Shown here piece by piece: positions 35,301 through 46,118 of a DNA stretch of 64,000 nucleotides. Below the pieces are notes generated by a model. The model worked only from the letters and a program-made list of their open reading frames with translations. It made no database searches and had not been told where the DNA came from. The stretch comes from Macrostomum hystrix (Eukaryota; Animalia; Platyhelminthes): the NCBI GenBank assembly GCA_950097015.1, contig CATNEN010000038.1, positions 5,766,001 through 5,830,000 of the forward strand. The letters run 5' to 3'. Within the stretch, counting starts at the first letter, position 1. The number at the start of each line of letters is the position of its first letter. The translations under genes were made by a program, and so were the position numbers.

Positions 35301-36099
35301 CCGGGTTGATGTTGAATTGGTCCGCAGGGCCTCGCCAGTCGTGCAAGTCCTCGTCCTCCTCGACGATATCGGCGCTCTCGAAGGTTCCGATGTTCTGGTT
35401 GGAGTACAGCGTGACTGGAGTGCATCCCAGATTGCACACCCGCACTGGGATTCTTCCATCGTTCGAAGACACTGCGAACACTCGGCAGGGCAGCACTCCA
35501 GTTTTGTCAACGAACTCCTGGGAAGGTTCGAAAATGCCCTGGGCCTGCTTTGTTTCGATTGCCACCTTGACAACCTTCGTCGCTCTCGGCGGCACGACTA
35601 CAGCGTCTTGAACTCGGGCGATGAGCACCGTGGGAACCATGCAGCAGGACGACGACGCTCCTCGTTCAGACTCGGTGCTGCTGAACGGGACGGAAGCCTT
35701 GTCAAAGGTAACCGTCTGGGCCTTCTGGTCGATGCTAAATTGCGATGAAGCCATCCTGCTGATGAAGTCCATTCCAAGGATGAAGTCAGGCCAAATTCCT
35801 TTCACCACCAGCACTTCGAGATGGCTGGTCAGCTGCTTGCCCAGTCGCACCGACAGGCTTATACTGCCCAGCAGCTCGAGGGTGGTGCCATCCACCGATA
35901 CCGGTTTAACCTCTGCTGGTTTCAGGTCGTTGCTGACCCCAAGCGATCTCACGGCGATGTCGCTGATAAGAGATGTCTGCGCTCCGGTGTCCAGCAGCCA
36001 CCGGCACGGCATGCCATTCGCTAGGCCAGGAATAAAAATAAGCATGCAGAACGGGATTGCTCCTGTGGGTTGGTGTGGGTCCCGCACCCGTCGCACCAA
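32342..36099 (-). CDS. pol: Gypsy-1 Pol (protease, RT, RNase H, integrase), with a 41-codon insertion in RT and a frameshifted integrase C-terminus
   Basis: LLDTGA, SPWAS, YIDD, CDSS..ERNYSTTDRELL..TDHK, HHCC (HDLPSAGH..CTVC), LDIKGP, SDQGRQF, GNVERFNRTL. The GPY motif (WSGPYTI) lies in a different frame (ORF 32342-33127). Confidence 0.9.
34860..34995 (+). mobile_element. 5'-truncated non-LTR retroposon fragment with (TTG)n tail and 13-bp TSD, inserted in Gypsy-1 RT
   Basis: Direct repeat TGTTTAGCGCTCG at 34860-34872 and 34983-34995 flanks 110 nt ending in (TTG)n. Removal restores VDWRALNSLTVKDAHPLP. Confidence 0.85.
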
Positions 36100-36102
36100 C
36101 CC

Positions 36103-36930
36103 TTAGAAGTTTCCCTGGGCCTTGGATGGGCAGACGGAGGCTTTGTGCCCCTTCCCTGAGCATTTGTGACAGATGATTGGGCCCAGCTTCTTCTCGCGCT
36201 GGCGACAATGAGCTGCCAGGTGCCCGGGCTGACCGCAGCTGAAGCAGGCGCCTGCTCGTTGCTGCCGGCGTCGCCGAGGATCGCTGCCTGGCTGCACGCT
36301 GACCCTGGCGATGAGCTCCTCCATGCACCGCTCCAGCCGATCGAGGCGGTCAGATGTCGCATGAATTTCCGTAGTAGTGGCGCCAACAGCCTTGACTGCT
36401 GTAACTGATGGTCGCCCTACCAGACCTTCCAGTCGGGCTGCTCGCTGCAGCATAGACTCCAGCCAGCAAGTCTCCGCGTCCTCTGCCTTTAAAAGGCTGT
36501 CGGGGATGTCAGGATTGAGCAGGTGCAGAAGCTTGAAACGCACGTCCCGATCTCGCTGCTGTGTTGAATCGTTCGGCCTGGCTTTCTGATGAAGCAGCCT
36601 CAGGTTAAAGCACAGCTCGCGTAGCGTCTCGTTCTCTCCGCGCTTCCTTGCGTGGAATGTGTTCATGGCCTTGAAGCTGTCAGACTCGCCACCATAAAAT
36701 TTTGTAAGCGCGGTTTCAATTTCCTTGTAGCTCTTCTGCTTCGTCGGCTCGAGATCCCAGACGATCAGTTGCGCCTCTCCAGTGAGCAACAGTTTGACTT
36801 TTGACGCCGATGTTTCGTCGTCCCACTTTGCATCCTGGCTGAATTCCTCAAACATACGCAGCCATCTTCGCACGTCAGTGTCGTCTGTGCCACTAAACTT
36901 TGGCGGCATAAGTGCATTTGAGTAGGCCAT
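36103..36930 (-). CDS. gag: Gypsy-1 Gag (275 aa), two CCHC zinc knuckles
   Basis: MAYSNALMPPKFSGTDD..WL..FE; CFSCGQPGHLAAHC and CHKCSGKGHKASVC; ends in the slippery sequence G GGA AAC. Confidence 0.9.
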   Translation of the reverse strand: MAYSNALMPPKFSGTDDTDVRRWLRMFEEFSQDAKWDDETSASKVKLLLTGEAQLIVWDLEPTKQKSYKEIETALTKFYGGESDSFKAMNTFHARKRGENETLRELCFNLRLLHQKARPNDSTQQRDRDVRFKLLHLLNPDIPDSLLKAEDAETCWLESMLQRAARLEGLVGRPSVTAVKAVGATTTEIHATSDRLDRLERCMEELIARVSVQPGSDPRRRRQQRAGACFSCGQPGHLAAHCRQREKKLGPIICHKCSGKGHKASVCPSKAQGNF

Positions 36931-37285
36931 TAGAGCTCTGGGTTCGAGCTCGCTGCCACCAATGTAAGAGCCGGCGAAATTTAGATTGTCAGAAAGTACG
37001 CACGAGTTTATTTGGCATAACGATTCAATATATACGAGCAGGGCAGTGATGAGCACGATGAATAATAAAATAGGCTAAAGCCAGCCCCACCCCCAAGCGG
37101 GTGAAAGGCCGACGCCATGTACATTTAGACCAATCAGACAAGACGAGCCAACGCACAACACACCACGCAGGAACCCCACAGAAGAATTAAACCTGCCGCA
37201 ATTTTTTTTGCGAGGTTCGTTGCTTCCTTTACCGTACGTCTGTCGCCAGGAAATATTGAAGCCGGCAGAAAACGCGACGATTGCA

Positions 37286-37999
37286 ATGTCCAAGTTCACC
37301 GTGCTCTTGATTTTCATCTGGGCCTGCATCAACTCCGCAGTGTGCAGCTCCGCCTGTCCCAGTCCGTTCACCCGACTGTCTAGCGGGCACTGCACCTACT
37401 GGAATGCCAGCAACAGGGCGAACTGGTGCCAGGCTGCCGAATTCTGCCTCAGTATCGGAGGCGAGCTGGCCATCGACCTGGGGCTCATCAGAGCTGCCAG
37501 GACCGGACTGGTCACCGATCGATCCTACATCGGCCTCAACGACTTGCTGATCGAGAGAGGCACCAATCGCATCGGCTGGCAGCTCACCAACGGCAACATC
37601 GCTCAGCTGGAGCCTGCTGACTGGGAACCCGATAGACCTAACAATGTCGATGCGACAGACGACTTTGGCATTGTTTACCCTCTAGGAGTTGCTGGCAATC
37701 GATTCATGTATAAAATGCCCTTTCTTTGCCAGCCGCTGGTGACACCCAACAGCAGCTGGTTCAGGCGGACTGACTTCCTGGGTATCGGCAACATCAGCCC
37801 CGAATACTGCTTCACTGAGGTTAGTAATTTGAAGTTCCAGATCGAGTGTGCGCTCCGCTGCGCCGACAGGTGGCAGTGCAGAGCTGCCATCTACAACAAG
37901 GCCAGCGGCAGGTGCAGGATGCTGGACTTCACCGACGCCAGCGTTGGAGACGCCATCGAGACGGACCCGAACTGGACCAAGCTGGTCAAGGTCTACTGA
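37286..37999 (+). CDS. Secreted CTL + PAN/Apple protein, copy 2 (237 aa)
   Basis: ATG of MSKFTVLLIFIWACINS; same architecture as copy 1. Confidence 0.88.
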   Translation: MSKFTVLLIFIWACINSAVCSSACPSPFTRLSSGHCTYWNASNRANWCQAAEFCLSIGGELAIDLGLIRAARTGLVTDRSYIGLNDLLIERGTNRIGWQLTNGNIAQLEPADWEPDRPNNVDATDDFGIVYPLGVAGNRFMYKMPFLCQPLVTPNSSWFRRTDFLGIGNISPEYCFTEVSNLKFQIECALRCADRWQCRAAIYNKASGRCRMLDFTDASVGDAIETDPNWTKLVKVY

Positions 38000-40968
38000 A
38001 CTGATTATGTAAAACGGCAGTGAAGTCACTAGCTAACATACGAGCTACTGGACCATTCATTTTAGTCTAAAGGATGTATATTAAATATATATAATTTTGA
38101 CCATGTTCAAAGTTGTTATCTTGAAGGTGAAGGTATGCGTACATTTGAAGTATTGAAGTACATTTATTTATTTTCGGTAAAGCTTATCTGTAGAATTACG
38201 AGAATTCTTTTTTCGTAGTTCTTTTAAGTCTATTATTTTTTTATATTTTATCGCTATATTAACTGTATTTTCTCTTCTCTTTGCGATGCCTTACTTGGAC
38301 TAAACTATAAGAAGTTGACTTTTTTTCGTCAAGCGGTAAAAGTAAATCTCATTGTTAGTTTTTAGCTTTTAGTATTTGCTTATCCCAATACAAAATATAG
38401 CAGTGATCGATATGCTTTTTTACTGTCAGCGTCTGTGATGTGACAGTTAACGGTGAATTAAAAAATGTTGCAGCCTCAACCTGACACCTGTCAGGTTGTC
38501 TTACTAGAACTAGTTTAGTCCAAACTTACTAGAAAAACAGTGTGCTTGCGTTCTTTATTAAGCAGAATCTGAGATACCGATCCAGAGAGATCGCCGCCAG
38601 CCGGAATACTGAGCGTCGATAGTCGTTAGGAGATATAGCCTTCGAGACTTTTAGACTGCAATAAACCGCTAGACAAGTTATAGGAAAACTGCAAGTGAGG
38701 ACAAGAGACATAAAACTTGAAGCGCTATAAATATTAAAAATGAAGCTTCAATTTTTTTCTAAGTGACTTCCCTCCAAAGGCAATGCAATGTACAAAAGCA
38801 CTGTTGGAATGCGCGGGCAGACTTTGATCTCTGAAGGGTGTCCATAACATCCAGATAAGCTTGCAGCGCTGAATCTTGCCACTCGGGAATCTTAATAATC
38901 GGGAAAAATTGCATGAAACGAGAGAATCCATTAAATTGAAGATTTGATCGAGGATAAAAGCACTTGCGAACAGCTCGACCTAAGCCTGGTATACAGTTTT
39001 GGACCTCGTTGCCCTCTTTCAGAGATGCGCTGCACGACTTGCATATTGCAGTTGTTTGATATGTGTTACGTTAAAGAACATGTAGCTGACTTGCTACAAA
39101 TGTTACTAGTTAATTTTAAGAGTCGGCAAAAGCTTGAGCTTGTTTATTTAGTTTTGTCGTGGGGTTACATTTAAGTCTTAACCGGGCGACTGTACCTAAC
39201 GATAACAAGGGTCATAGACAATAAGCGGTAAGGGGGAAATAAAAGTACCATTTGAATCTTTAAATATACCTTTTTGCAATTGAATTCGCCGAAACTGCAA
39301 AACAATTCCCCATAGAAGCCAATGTGGTCTAAAAATAGTAAGCCCATAGAAATTAAGCTAAAATTCGAGATTGAATTCGCCGAAATTGCAATTGAATTCG
39401 CACTGGTGACGTGTCTATATGTTGCTAAAATCGCAGCAATTTAAATTCGGCAGTCCTTCTCTATCCTGTTTTCAAAATGCTGAGAGGACCGTACAAGCCA
39501 GTATCGATGACGGATAGATTGCGATAGACTCCTCTTCTTCACCATGTGAAGTGGGGAGGCCCAGGGACTGGCCGAGGGGCGAACGATACCGAAGCGGAGG
39601 AGCTTGTCGAATTCCAACTTTGCGATTTCGTACTTCGCTGGGGATAATGGGCGAGGTCGATAGAATACAGGTTCACTTGTCGTCTCGATGCGGTGTCGCA
39701 CAGATGTGGCGGGTGGCGCGGTGTAGTCCGGCGCCTCCAGTAATCGCGGGAAATTTTTGAGTGGTGTGGTCGGTTCCAGTTGAGCTGTGGCGTTGATTTT
39801 GGAAAGTTGCGCACTCGATGGACTGAGGTTGGCGTAAAGAGATGTCGCTGGGTCTTGTATGCGTCGTGTGTTCAGATCTATGAGGAACCCAAACTTGAGG
39901 AAGAAGTCGGCTCCGAGAATCGGCGCAGTGTCGGTAACGATAAATGATGCAGGGTAGGGTCTACGGAGACCAGGAATTGTAAGAGTGACGCAGCATTGGC
40001 CGAAAGTCGGGGTTTCTCGACCATCGATGCTACAGAGTTTCACATGTGTGGTTGTCAACAGATTTTGAGGAGCGAATTTTAGTGGGAGCAGCGATCGCTC
40101 AGCACCGGTGTCAACTATAAAGGAAACGGGTGAACGGAGAATTTGACACAACAGTAATAGCGTGTTGGCCTGGGAGGGGTCGCGGCTCGGCCGAGGCACG
40201 TGACCCACTAGTTTGACGCCGCTGTCGGCGTTGGGCTGCTTGAGCGGGATTGAGTCGGAGTAGGTTGGCGGCTGGCGAGTGTTATCGTCGGCTTCAGTCC
40301 AGGCCACTGACACCACGGTCGGCAGGTGCGAGCTTCCGCGGCGTAGTACAGGTGACCGTTGCAGATTTTAGGGCGGCGGAGAGAATTTCGGTTGGCGTGA
40401 AAATCATCGCGTCTAGCTCCTCGAAACGGACTTTTCTTGTTTCCTGCAGACAACTGGCCGGGTGCGCTGGCCCGGTTGATTGGTTGTCGGATTGACGATG
40501 CCGGCTAACGTGAACTGGGATTCTAACTGACGGAACCATATTTCTGGGGACTCGCGATAGAACGCGGGCGGTTTGACTGCGTGCTGTGTGATTTGTCGCT
40601 CGGGAATTTGAGGTGTTTCATCGGGTTGCCGCTGTTGACGCTGGGCTTCTCCTGTGCCTGGTTCGTGTCTCCTGGGACCAATTTCATGAGCAACTGGTAA
40701 CTGGTAAATAACCGCAGCTACTTGAAGTTTGGTTTCATGGCGAACTTTAGCAGCTGCTAACTATTAGCAGTCTGGTAAGCTGTGGTTTCACGAATTGGCT
40801 GGTAAAACTGAGGCTGCTTGTATTGATTTAGAACGTCTATGTCTATGGCTCAAAGTATAGGGTGTTCTCGGGGGCTGGTAACGGTTGGTTTCAGGAGCAT
40901 ACCAGCGCTGCTAAAATAACCACATTTTCCACGGTTAAAACTTAGCATCCTACTTAGGTGGCTAAGAA

Positions 40969-42009
40969 ATGGAGCTGCCTATATACGACACCCTTAATTT
41001 GCTCGAAGAGGAACCCGGGCCGCGTCCAAGGGAATTTCGAGAGCGCTTGAACTTCGTCGACGACTGGGATTTTAGACAGCGCTTTAGAATGTTGCCACCT
41101 ACGTTCGAGCATCTGCTCGAACGAATTCGCCCAACCTTGGAGTATGGTAGCGTTCGAAGTGGTCAATTGAGTGCCAGGGAGCAAGCGTTGACCGCATTGC
41201 GTTTCTACGCCTGTAACGGCTTCTACTACGTACTTCGAGACGCGCACGGGCCTTCCGAGTCGTCTGTCACAAGAGTTGTGCGCCGCGTAACGACTGCCAT
41301 CAACTCTGAGCTTTTTCACCATACCGTTGCTTGGCCGGACATCAACAACGTTGTGCAGAAGTTCTTTAACATCGCAGGAATGCCTTCTGTCTGTGGACTC
41401 ATCGATGGGACCCTTATTCCCATTAAGAAACCTGGACTTCACGAAAACCAGTTCGTGGACCGTAAAGGTCAACACTCGTTGAATGTGCTACTTGTGAGCG
41501 GACCAGATCATCAATTTTATTTTTGCAACGTATCATGACCGGGAAGTGTAAGCGACGCAAGGGTGTTGCGCAACAGCAGTCTGTATACACTTTTCCAGAT
41601 GGAGCTATGGCGTCCGATCCCAGGAGCCGTCATACTCGGTGACAGTATTTTCCCTTGCTTGGATTGGTTAATACCACCTGTTCTAGGCGACAATCTGCCT
41701 CCAGCAACCGCCGCATTTAACAGGGCTCAAAAGAAGACGCGATCAGTCGTAGAGCGCAGTATCGGACTGCTAAAATTGCGCTTCCCCTGTCTCAATGGTC
41801 TGCGCGTTCAAGGTCCTGTTTACTCTGCTGAGATAGTCAAGGCGTGTGTTGTTCTGCACAATCTTTGCATTCAACTTGAAGGACAGGTTGACGACAATTT
41901 GGCAGCAGAGCTTTTGCATCCGGTGGTGGGCATCGATATACCCATGGAGGGCGAAGTAGTGAACGCAAACGAAAACCGGCGGAGACAACTTATTGAATTA
42001 TTCCAATGA
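40969..42009 (+). pseudogene. Harbinger DDE transposase (HARBI1-like) with one premature TGA at 41536-41538
   Basis: FRQRFRM, ALRFYA, GLIDGTLIPI, RKGQHSLNV, (W>*)PGSVSDARVL, LGDS, VERSIGLLKLRFPCL, ACVVLHN. The two ORFs are in one frame. Confidence 0.9.
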
Positions 42010-43175
42010 CTGATTTGAATCGATAACAGAAACTAACTATTGAAAAGCATGTTAAAGACCAAATGTTAAAGTTAAACGTTTATGTATGCAACTTTTGCGA
42101 ACACAGCGTTATTGAATTTTAATCCTGTCGTATGTTGGAAAGTTAAAGCTTTTAAATTAATTGATAAACACTGTTATAAACACTGAAACTAATAAACGCG
42201 TGAATAAATGATGCAACAAATGTAAACAACACAATGCGTTTTTCGGTGTTCATTCAATCTAAATAACAGCTTTAGCATAGTACTAGCAAGTTTTGTCCCC
42301 GTAAGGGGAGCAGAAGTATTTTTAATTCGTCCAGTGGATACTTTTTAGCAGCTGTAGTTTCAGCTTGTTTTAAGTTACAATGATCCCCCAGCTGACAATG
42401 ATCCCTAAGTTGACCATGATCCCCAAGCAAGATTTTCATTTTTAGTATAGTAGAAGATGAAGCATGTTTTATTCAGTTCTCTGTTCGTTTACAACATCGG
42501 AAATGATTAAAGCAGCGGTGCATTCGTGCAATGCTATGCATTAGTGACACATCACTGATTTTAACATTTTTCATGATATCGTGTTACTTGGCAGAGCTAG
42601 ATCTATTTTTACACCGTGTTTACCTGCCTTCCTGTGCATATCAAACATTTTTAGTATATAAGATGAAGCATTTTTAATACAGTTCTCTGTTTGTTTACAA
42701 CGTCGGAAATGATTAAAGCAGTGGTGCATTCGTGCAATGCTATGCATTAGTGACACATCACTGATTTTAACATTTTTCATGATATCGTATTACTTGGTAG
42801 AGCTAGATCTATTTTTACACCGTGTTTACCTGCCTTCCTGTGTATATCAAACAAAAGTCCTGGTGAAATTCTGCCGCAATTTTCCCTTGTTTTCCTATAA
42901 GCTTTTCGCTTCCGATTACACTTTATCGCCCATTTTGCGAGGCAAGTTTGTCGCTTGTGACTTGTATCTAGCACCGATGTTTAGGGAAGAGGGGAAGAGA
43001 AGATACAGAAGGGAAGTCGGGACTAGGTGATGTGGGGAGGAAGGGGACATAAGGAAGTTAGGCAGCGGGGAATATGGGAAAGATGAGATGTGGGGAAGTT
43101 TGAAGTTGGGGAAATATTAGTTTGGAAGAATGATATGTGGGAAAGATAGGGGTTTAGCTATGAAAAATAACAGCT

Positions 43176-43815
43176 TTAGCATAGTATATCATCTTGCTGC
43201 TCGAGTTCAAGTTTTCGGATTTCCAGGCGCAGCTTTTTGTTGCGTAGTCGTAGAAACTCGAGAACCAACTCTTCTTTTTCCGTCATCTTCTCCGGCTTAC
43301 TTCGACGTGGTGTCGATGGCGCTTCGTCTGCTTCGTGGCTGAGCAGGGCCAACATCGAAGGCCTGGACATGGATGACTTTTCCGCCGAGCTGCTAGGCAT
43401 AGTACGGTTTAAGTTGTCCATATGGACAGATGCATCGGAAGCGGCATCGGGTCGAATGCAGGGCACACTTTCTTCGACATCAAGCCCACATACCGAAGAA
43501 CTTTCCTTTCCAATGACTTCTAGAACCATACGATCCACATCTGTCTCCTTGGCAAGAGTCCCTCCTCCGGCGCCCGTCTGACGACTAGCGTCTCGCTTCT
43601 TCATTGTTGCCATCCGAATGTTTTTCCACATTGTGTCGTGCAGATATGCAACTGGCTTGCACAACCCATTTGCCTCCATCGTGGGTTCGGATTTCCTCCC
43701 AAGCGTATCGCTTTTTCGATTTGGCTTCTGCGTTATCCGCAAAACTACCGAACAAAACGGCCTTTTTGTCTCTCATGAGAGACAGAAAGAGGAGCTTTTG
43801 CTCCGGCGTGGACAT
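43176..43815 (-). pseudogene. Harbinger Myb/SANT-like DNA-binding protein, frameshifted near 43685
   Basis: TPEQKLLFLSL..KAVLFG..KKRYAWEEI joins a second frame ..WKNIRMATMKK..RQTGAGGG with a coiled-coil C-terminus; convergent with the transposase. Confidence 0.82.
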
Positions 43816-45220
43816 GGTTAAAATCTTTTCAGTTTTGACTTCTAAGCTAGCGAGACTAGAGCCTTATATACTACGCGCTCCTTCTCTTTCTCCTTCTCCA
43901 ACTCAGCTTCTTCTTCTGCTGCAAAGCGAATGTCTATGGCACGAATTCAATGCTAGGGGGAATAGCAGTACTGATATTTACCAGCAGATATTTACCAGTT
44001 GCTTTATGAAACCAGTTTTTAGCAGACTGCTGAATATCCACAGTTATTTTAACTGCTGCTAACTGCTAATTTACCAGTTGCTCATGAAATCGGTCCCTGG
44101 TTTTTGGCATGATGAAACGCTCTGCTACCAATTTTGTAGCTGACTTGCTACAAATGTTACTAGTTAATTTTAAGAGTCGGCAAAAGCTTGAGCTTGTTTA
44201 TTTAGTTTTGTCGTGGGGTTACATTTAAGTCTTAACCGGGCGACTGTACCTAACGATAACAAGGGTCATAGACAATAAGCGGTAAGGGGGGAAATAAAAG
44301 TACCATTTGAATCTTTAAATATTAAGAGTTAAAAGAAAGAAGTGAATTTGCTGCTACAAACATACTTGTATTAAACGTAATAAGAAAATATGTCAGAGTT
44401 GTGTAGAGGCTAACTGCAAGCATCTGCAGTTTTCTACATCTGGTACATAATCAACATTTTTTAGTTCTAAAGCTCTATTTTGTTGCATATTTAAGAAAAT
44501 AAAGTTCTATCGTACGACTATTTTCTTATTTAATTGCACTTTAGAAAGCAGTATTGCGATCGGTTTGTGTTATCCGCAACCAATAAGGTGGTTATTGTGT
44601 TCGTTTTACCCCTGAGAACATTTACGGTTAAGGGTACTCAAGCAGAATTGGTGATTTACATCCGGCAAGAATTTCTAGTCGTAAGTGGGCGTAAATTCAC
44701 AATTATCCTGTGGATTGAGCCTCATGGGTGTGGGGCTCAAGCCACAGTGAAGTGTACACTGCCTGACGATGAGAAAGTCAGGGCAGATGTACACACCTGT
44801 GTGAGCGTGTGCCTGCGTACGTTATCTGTGTGCGTGTGTGCTCAGGAGTCAGCGAAATGGGCAGAATTGCCTCCTCGCTGGCTGCGGGTCCAGTGTCACT
44901 AAATGATGTGCCATTGCCAGCAGCCCTCCTGCAAATACGGCTCGTATTACGCTCGTACTAATGGTATTTTAAGCATATCCAACGTGTGAGTCCACGGCAG
45001 TATGTTATTAATCGACGTGTCAATAAGTAATGGCATTCATCGTGCCAGAATTATTTCGCAAAGCTCTCGGCCCATATGGAAACTGTCATGGGGGTGACGA
45101 GACGCGGGAGGGTTTGAAGAAGCCAATGGGCGTGTCAGCTGGTCCAGAAAAGCTGCTTGCAAGCATTTGAATGCTAGCCCGTAAAAAGTCTACAACTGCA
45201 ATAGAAAAAATGAGTGTGTG

Positions 45221-45228
45221 TATAAATA
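45221..45228 (+). promoter_or_regulatory. Candidate TATA box (TATAAATA) of lectin copy 3; equivalent at 49655-49662
   Basis: 184 nt upstream of the ATG in copies 3 and 4; variants TAATAAAT (31905) and TATGAATA (57847) at the homologous position in copies 2 and 6. Confidence 0.45.
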
Positions 45229-45404
45229 CTGGCATCAAACGATGTTCTAAAATCGTGCCCCAGACAATTTCTCCCATAAAATTGTCAAAGCAGCTTCTAT
45301 TGGAAGAATTAAACCTGCCGCTAATTTTTTTGCGAGGTTCGTTGCTTCCTTTACCGTCTGTCGCCAGGAAATATTGAAGCCGGCAGAAAAGCGCGACGAT
45401 TGCA

Positions 45405-46118
45405 ATGTCCAAGTTCACCGTGCTCTTGATTTTCATCTGGGCCTGCATCAACTCCGCAGTGTGCAGCTCCGCCTGTCCCAGTCCGTTCACCCGACTGTCT
45501 AGCGGGCACTGCACCTACTGGAATGCCAGCAACACGGCGAACTGGTGCCAGGCTGCCGAATTCTGCCTCAGTATCGGAGGCGAGCTGGCCATCGACCTGG
45601 GGCTCATCAGAGCTGCCAGGACCGGACTGGTCACCGATCGATCCTACATCGGCCTCAACGACTTGCTGATCGAGAGAGGCACCAATCGCATCGGCTGGCA
45701 GCTCACCAACGGCAGCATCGCTCAGCTGGAGTCTGCTGACTGGGAGCCCTATGGGCCTGACAATTTCGATGCGACAGACGACTTTGGCATTGTTTACCCT
45801 CCAGGAGTTGCTGACATTCGATTCATGCGTAAAAGGCCCTTTCTTTGCCAGCCGCTGGTGACACCCAACAGCAGCTGGTTCAGGCGGACTGACTTCCTGG
45901 GTATCGGCAACATCAGCCCCGAATACTGCTTCACTGAGGTTAGTAATGTGAAGTTCCAGATCGAGTGTGCGCTCCGCTGCGCCGACAGGTGGCAGTGCAG
46001 AGCTGCCATCTACAACAAGGCCAGCGGCAGGTGCAGGATGCTGGACTTCACCGACGCCAGCGTTGGAGACGCCATCGAGACGGACCCGAACTGGACCAAG
46101 CTGGTCAAGGTCTACTGA
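45405..46118 (+). CDS. Secreted CTL + PAN/Apple protein, copy 3 (237 aa)
   Basis: Intact ORF, same architecture. Confidence 0.9.
   Translation: MSKFTVLLIFIWACINSAVCSSACPSPFTRLSSGHCTYWNASNTANWCQAAEFCLSIGGELAIDLGLIRAARTGLVTDRSYIGLNDLLIERGTNRIGWQLTNGSIAQLESADWEPYGPDNFDATDDFGIVYPPGVADIRFMRKRPFLCQPLVTPNSSWFRRTDFLGIGNISPEYCFTEVSNVKFQIECALRCADRWQCRAAIYNKASGRCRMLDFTDASVGDAIETDPNWTKLVKVY

Larger units (their letters stand above)
31993..37180 (-). mobile_element. Ty3/Gypsy LTR retrotransposon 1, structurally complete, 218-bp identical LTRs (31993-32210, 36963-37180), 4-bp TSD GAAG
   Basis: TG..CA LTRs identical by eye. TSD at 31989-31992 and 37181-37184, with the empty site CTATTGGAAGAATTAAA visible at ~45297 and ~49731. 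PBS TGGTGGCAGCG (tRNA-Leu-like) 36961-36951; PPT GGGGAGAG next to the 3' LTR. Confidence 0.96.
40675..44096. mobile_element. PIF/Harbinger DNA transposon, 26-bp TIRs, 3-bp TSD CTG
   Basis: Left end GGACCAATTTCATGAGCAACTGGTAA; right-end reverse complement GGACCGATTTCATGAGCAACTGGTAA. CTG at 40672-40674 and 44097-44099. Excision restores the Gypsy-2 gag frame ATG CCA AAA ACC AGG AGA CAC. Confidence 0.94.
39081..44358 (-). mobile_element. Ty3/Gypsy LTR retrotransposon 2, internally deleted. 5' LTR 44135-44358, truncated 3' LTR 39081-~39267, TSD AACA; hosts a nested Harbinger
   Basis: LTR repeat TGTAGCTGACTTGC..; TSD at 39077-39080 and 44359-44362, empty site TTAAAGAACATACTC at ~48763. PBS TGGTAGCAGAGCG. 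Gag remnant KPPAFYRESPEIWFRQLESQFTLAGI, protease FIVDTGAERS, and RT start SPWASPLHMVKK cut at ~39530. Confidence 0.9.

Noticed and set aside
37208-37285. N-terminal extension of lectin copy 2 (263-aa ORF call)
   Set aside because: It starts at TTG; paralogs start at the ATG of MSKF, which gives a proper signal peptide.
37595-37717. Diversity-generating retroelement (variable C-type-lectin region next to reverse transcriptases)
   Set aside because: Differences between copies involve all four bases, not only adenines. There is no separate non-coding template repeat, and the RTs are ordinary Gypsy/BEL enzymes.
44755-44795. Hammerhead-like CTGACGA-TGA-GAAA in SINE family A
   Set aside because: No stem II or stem III and no correctly paired cleavage triplet. 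The sequence instead forms a simple hairpin (CTGCCTGAC..GTCAGGGCAG).
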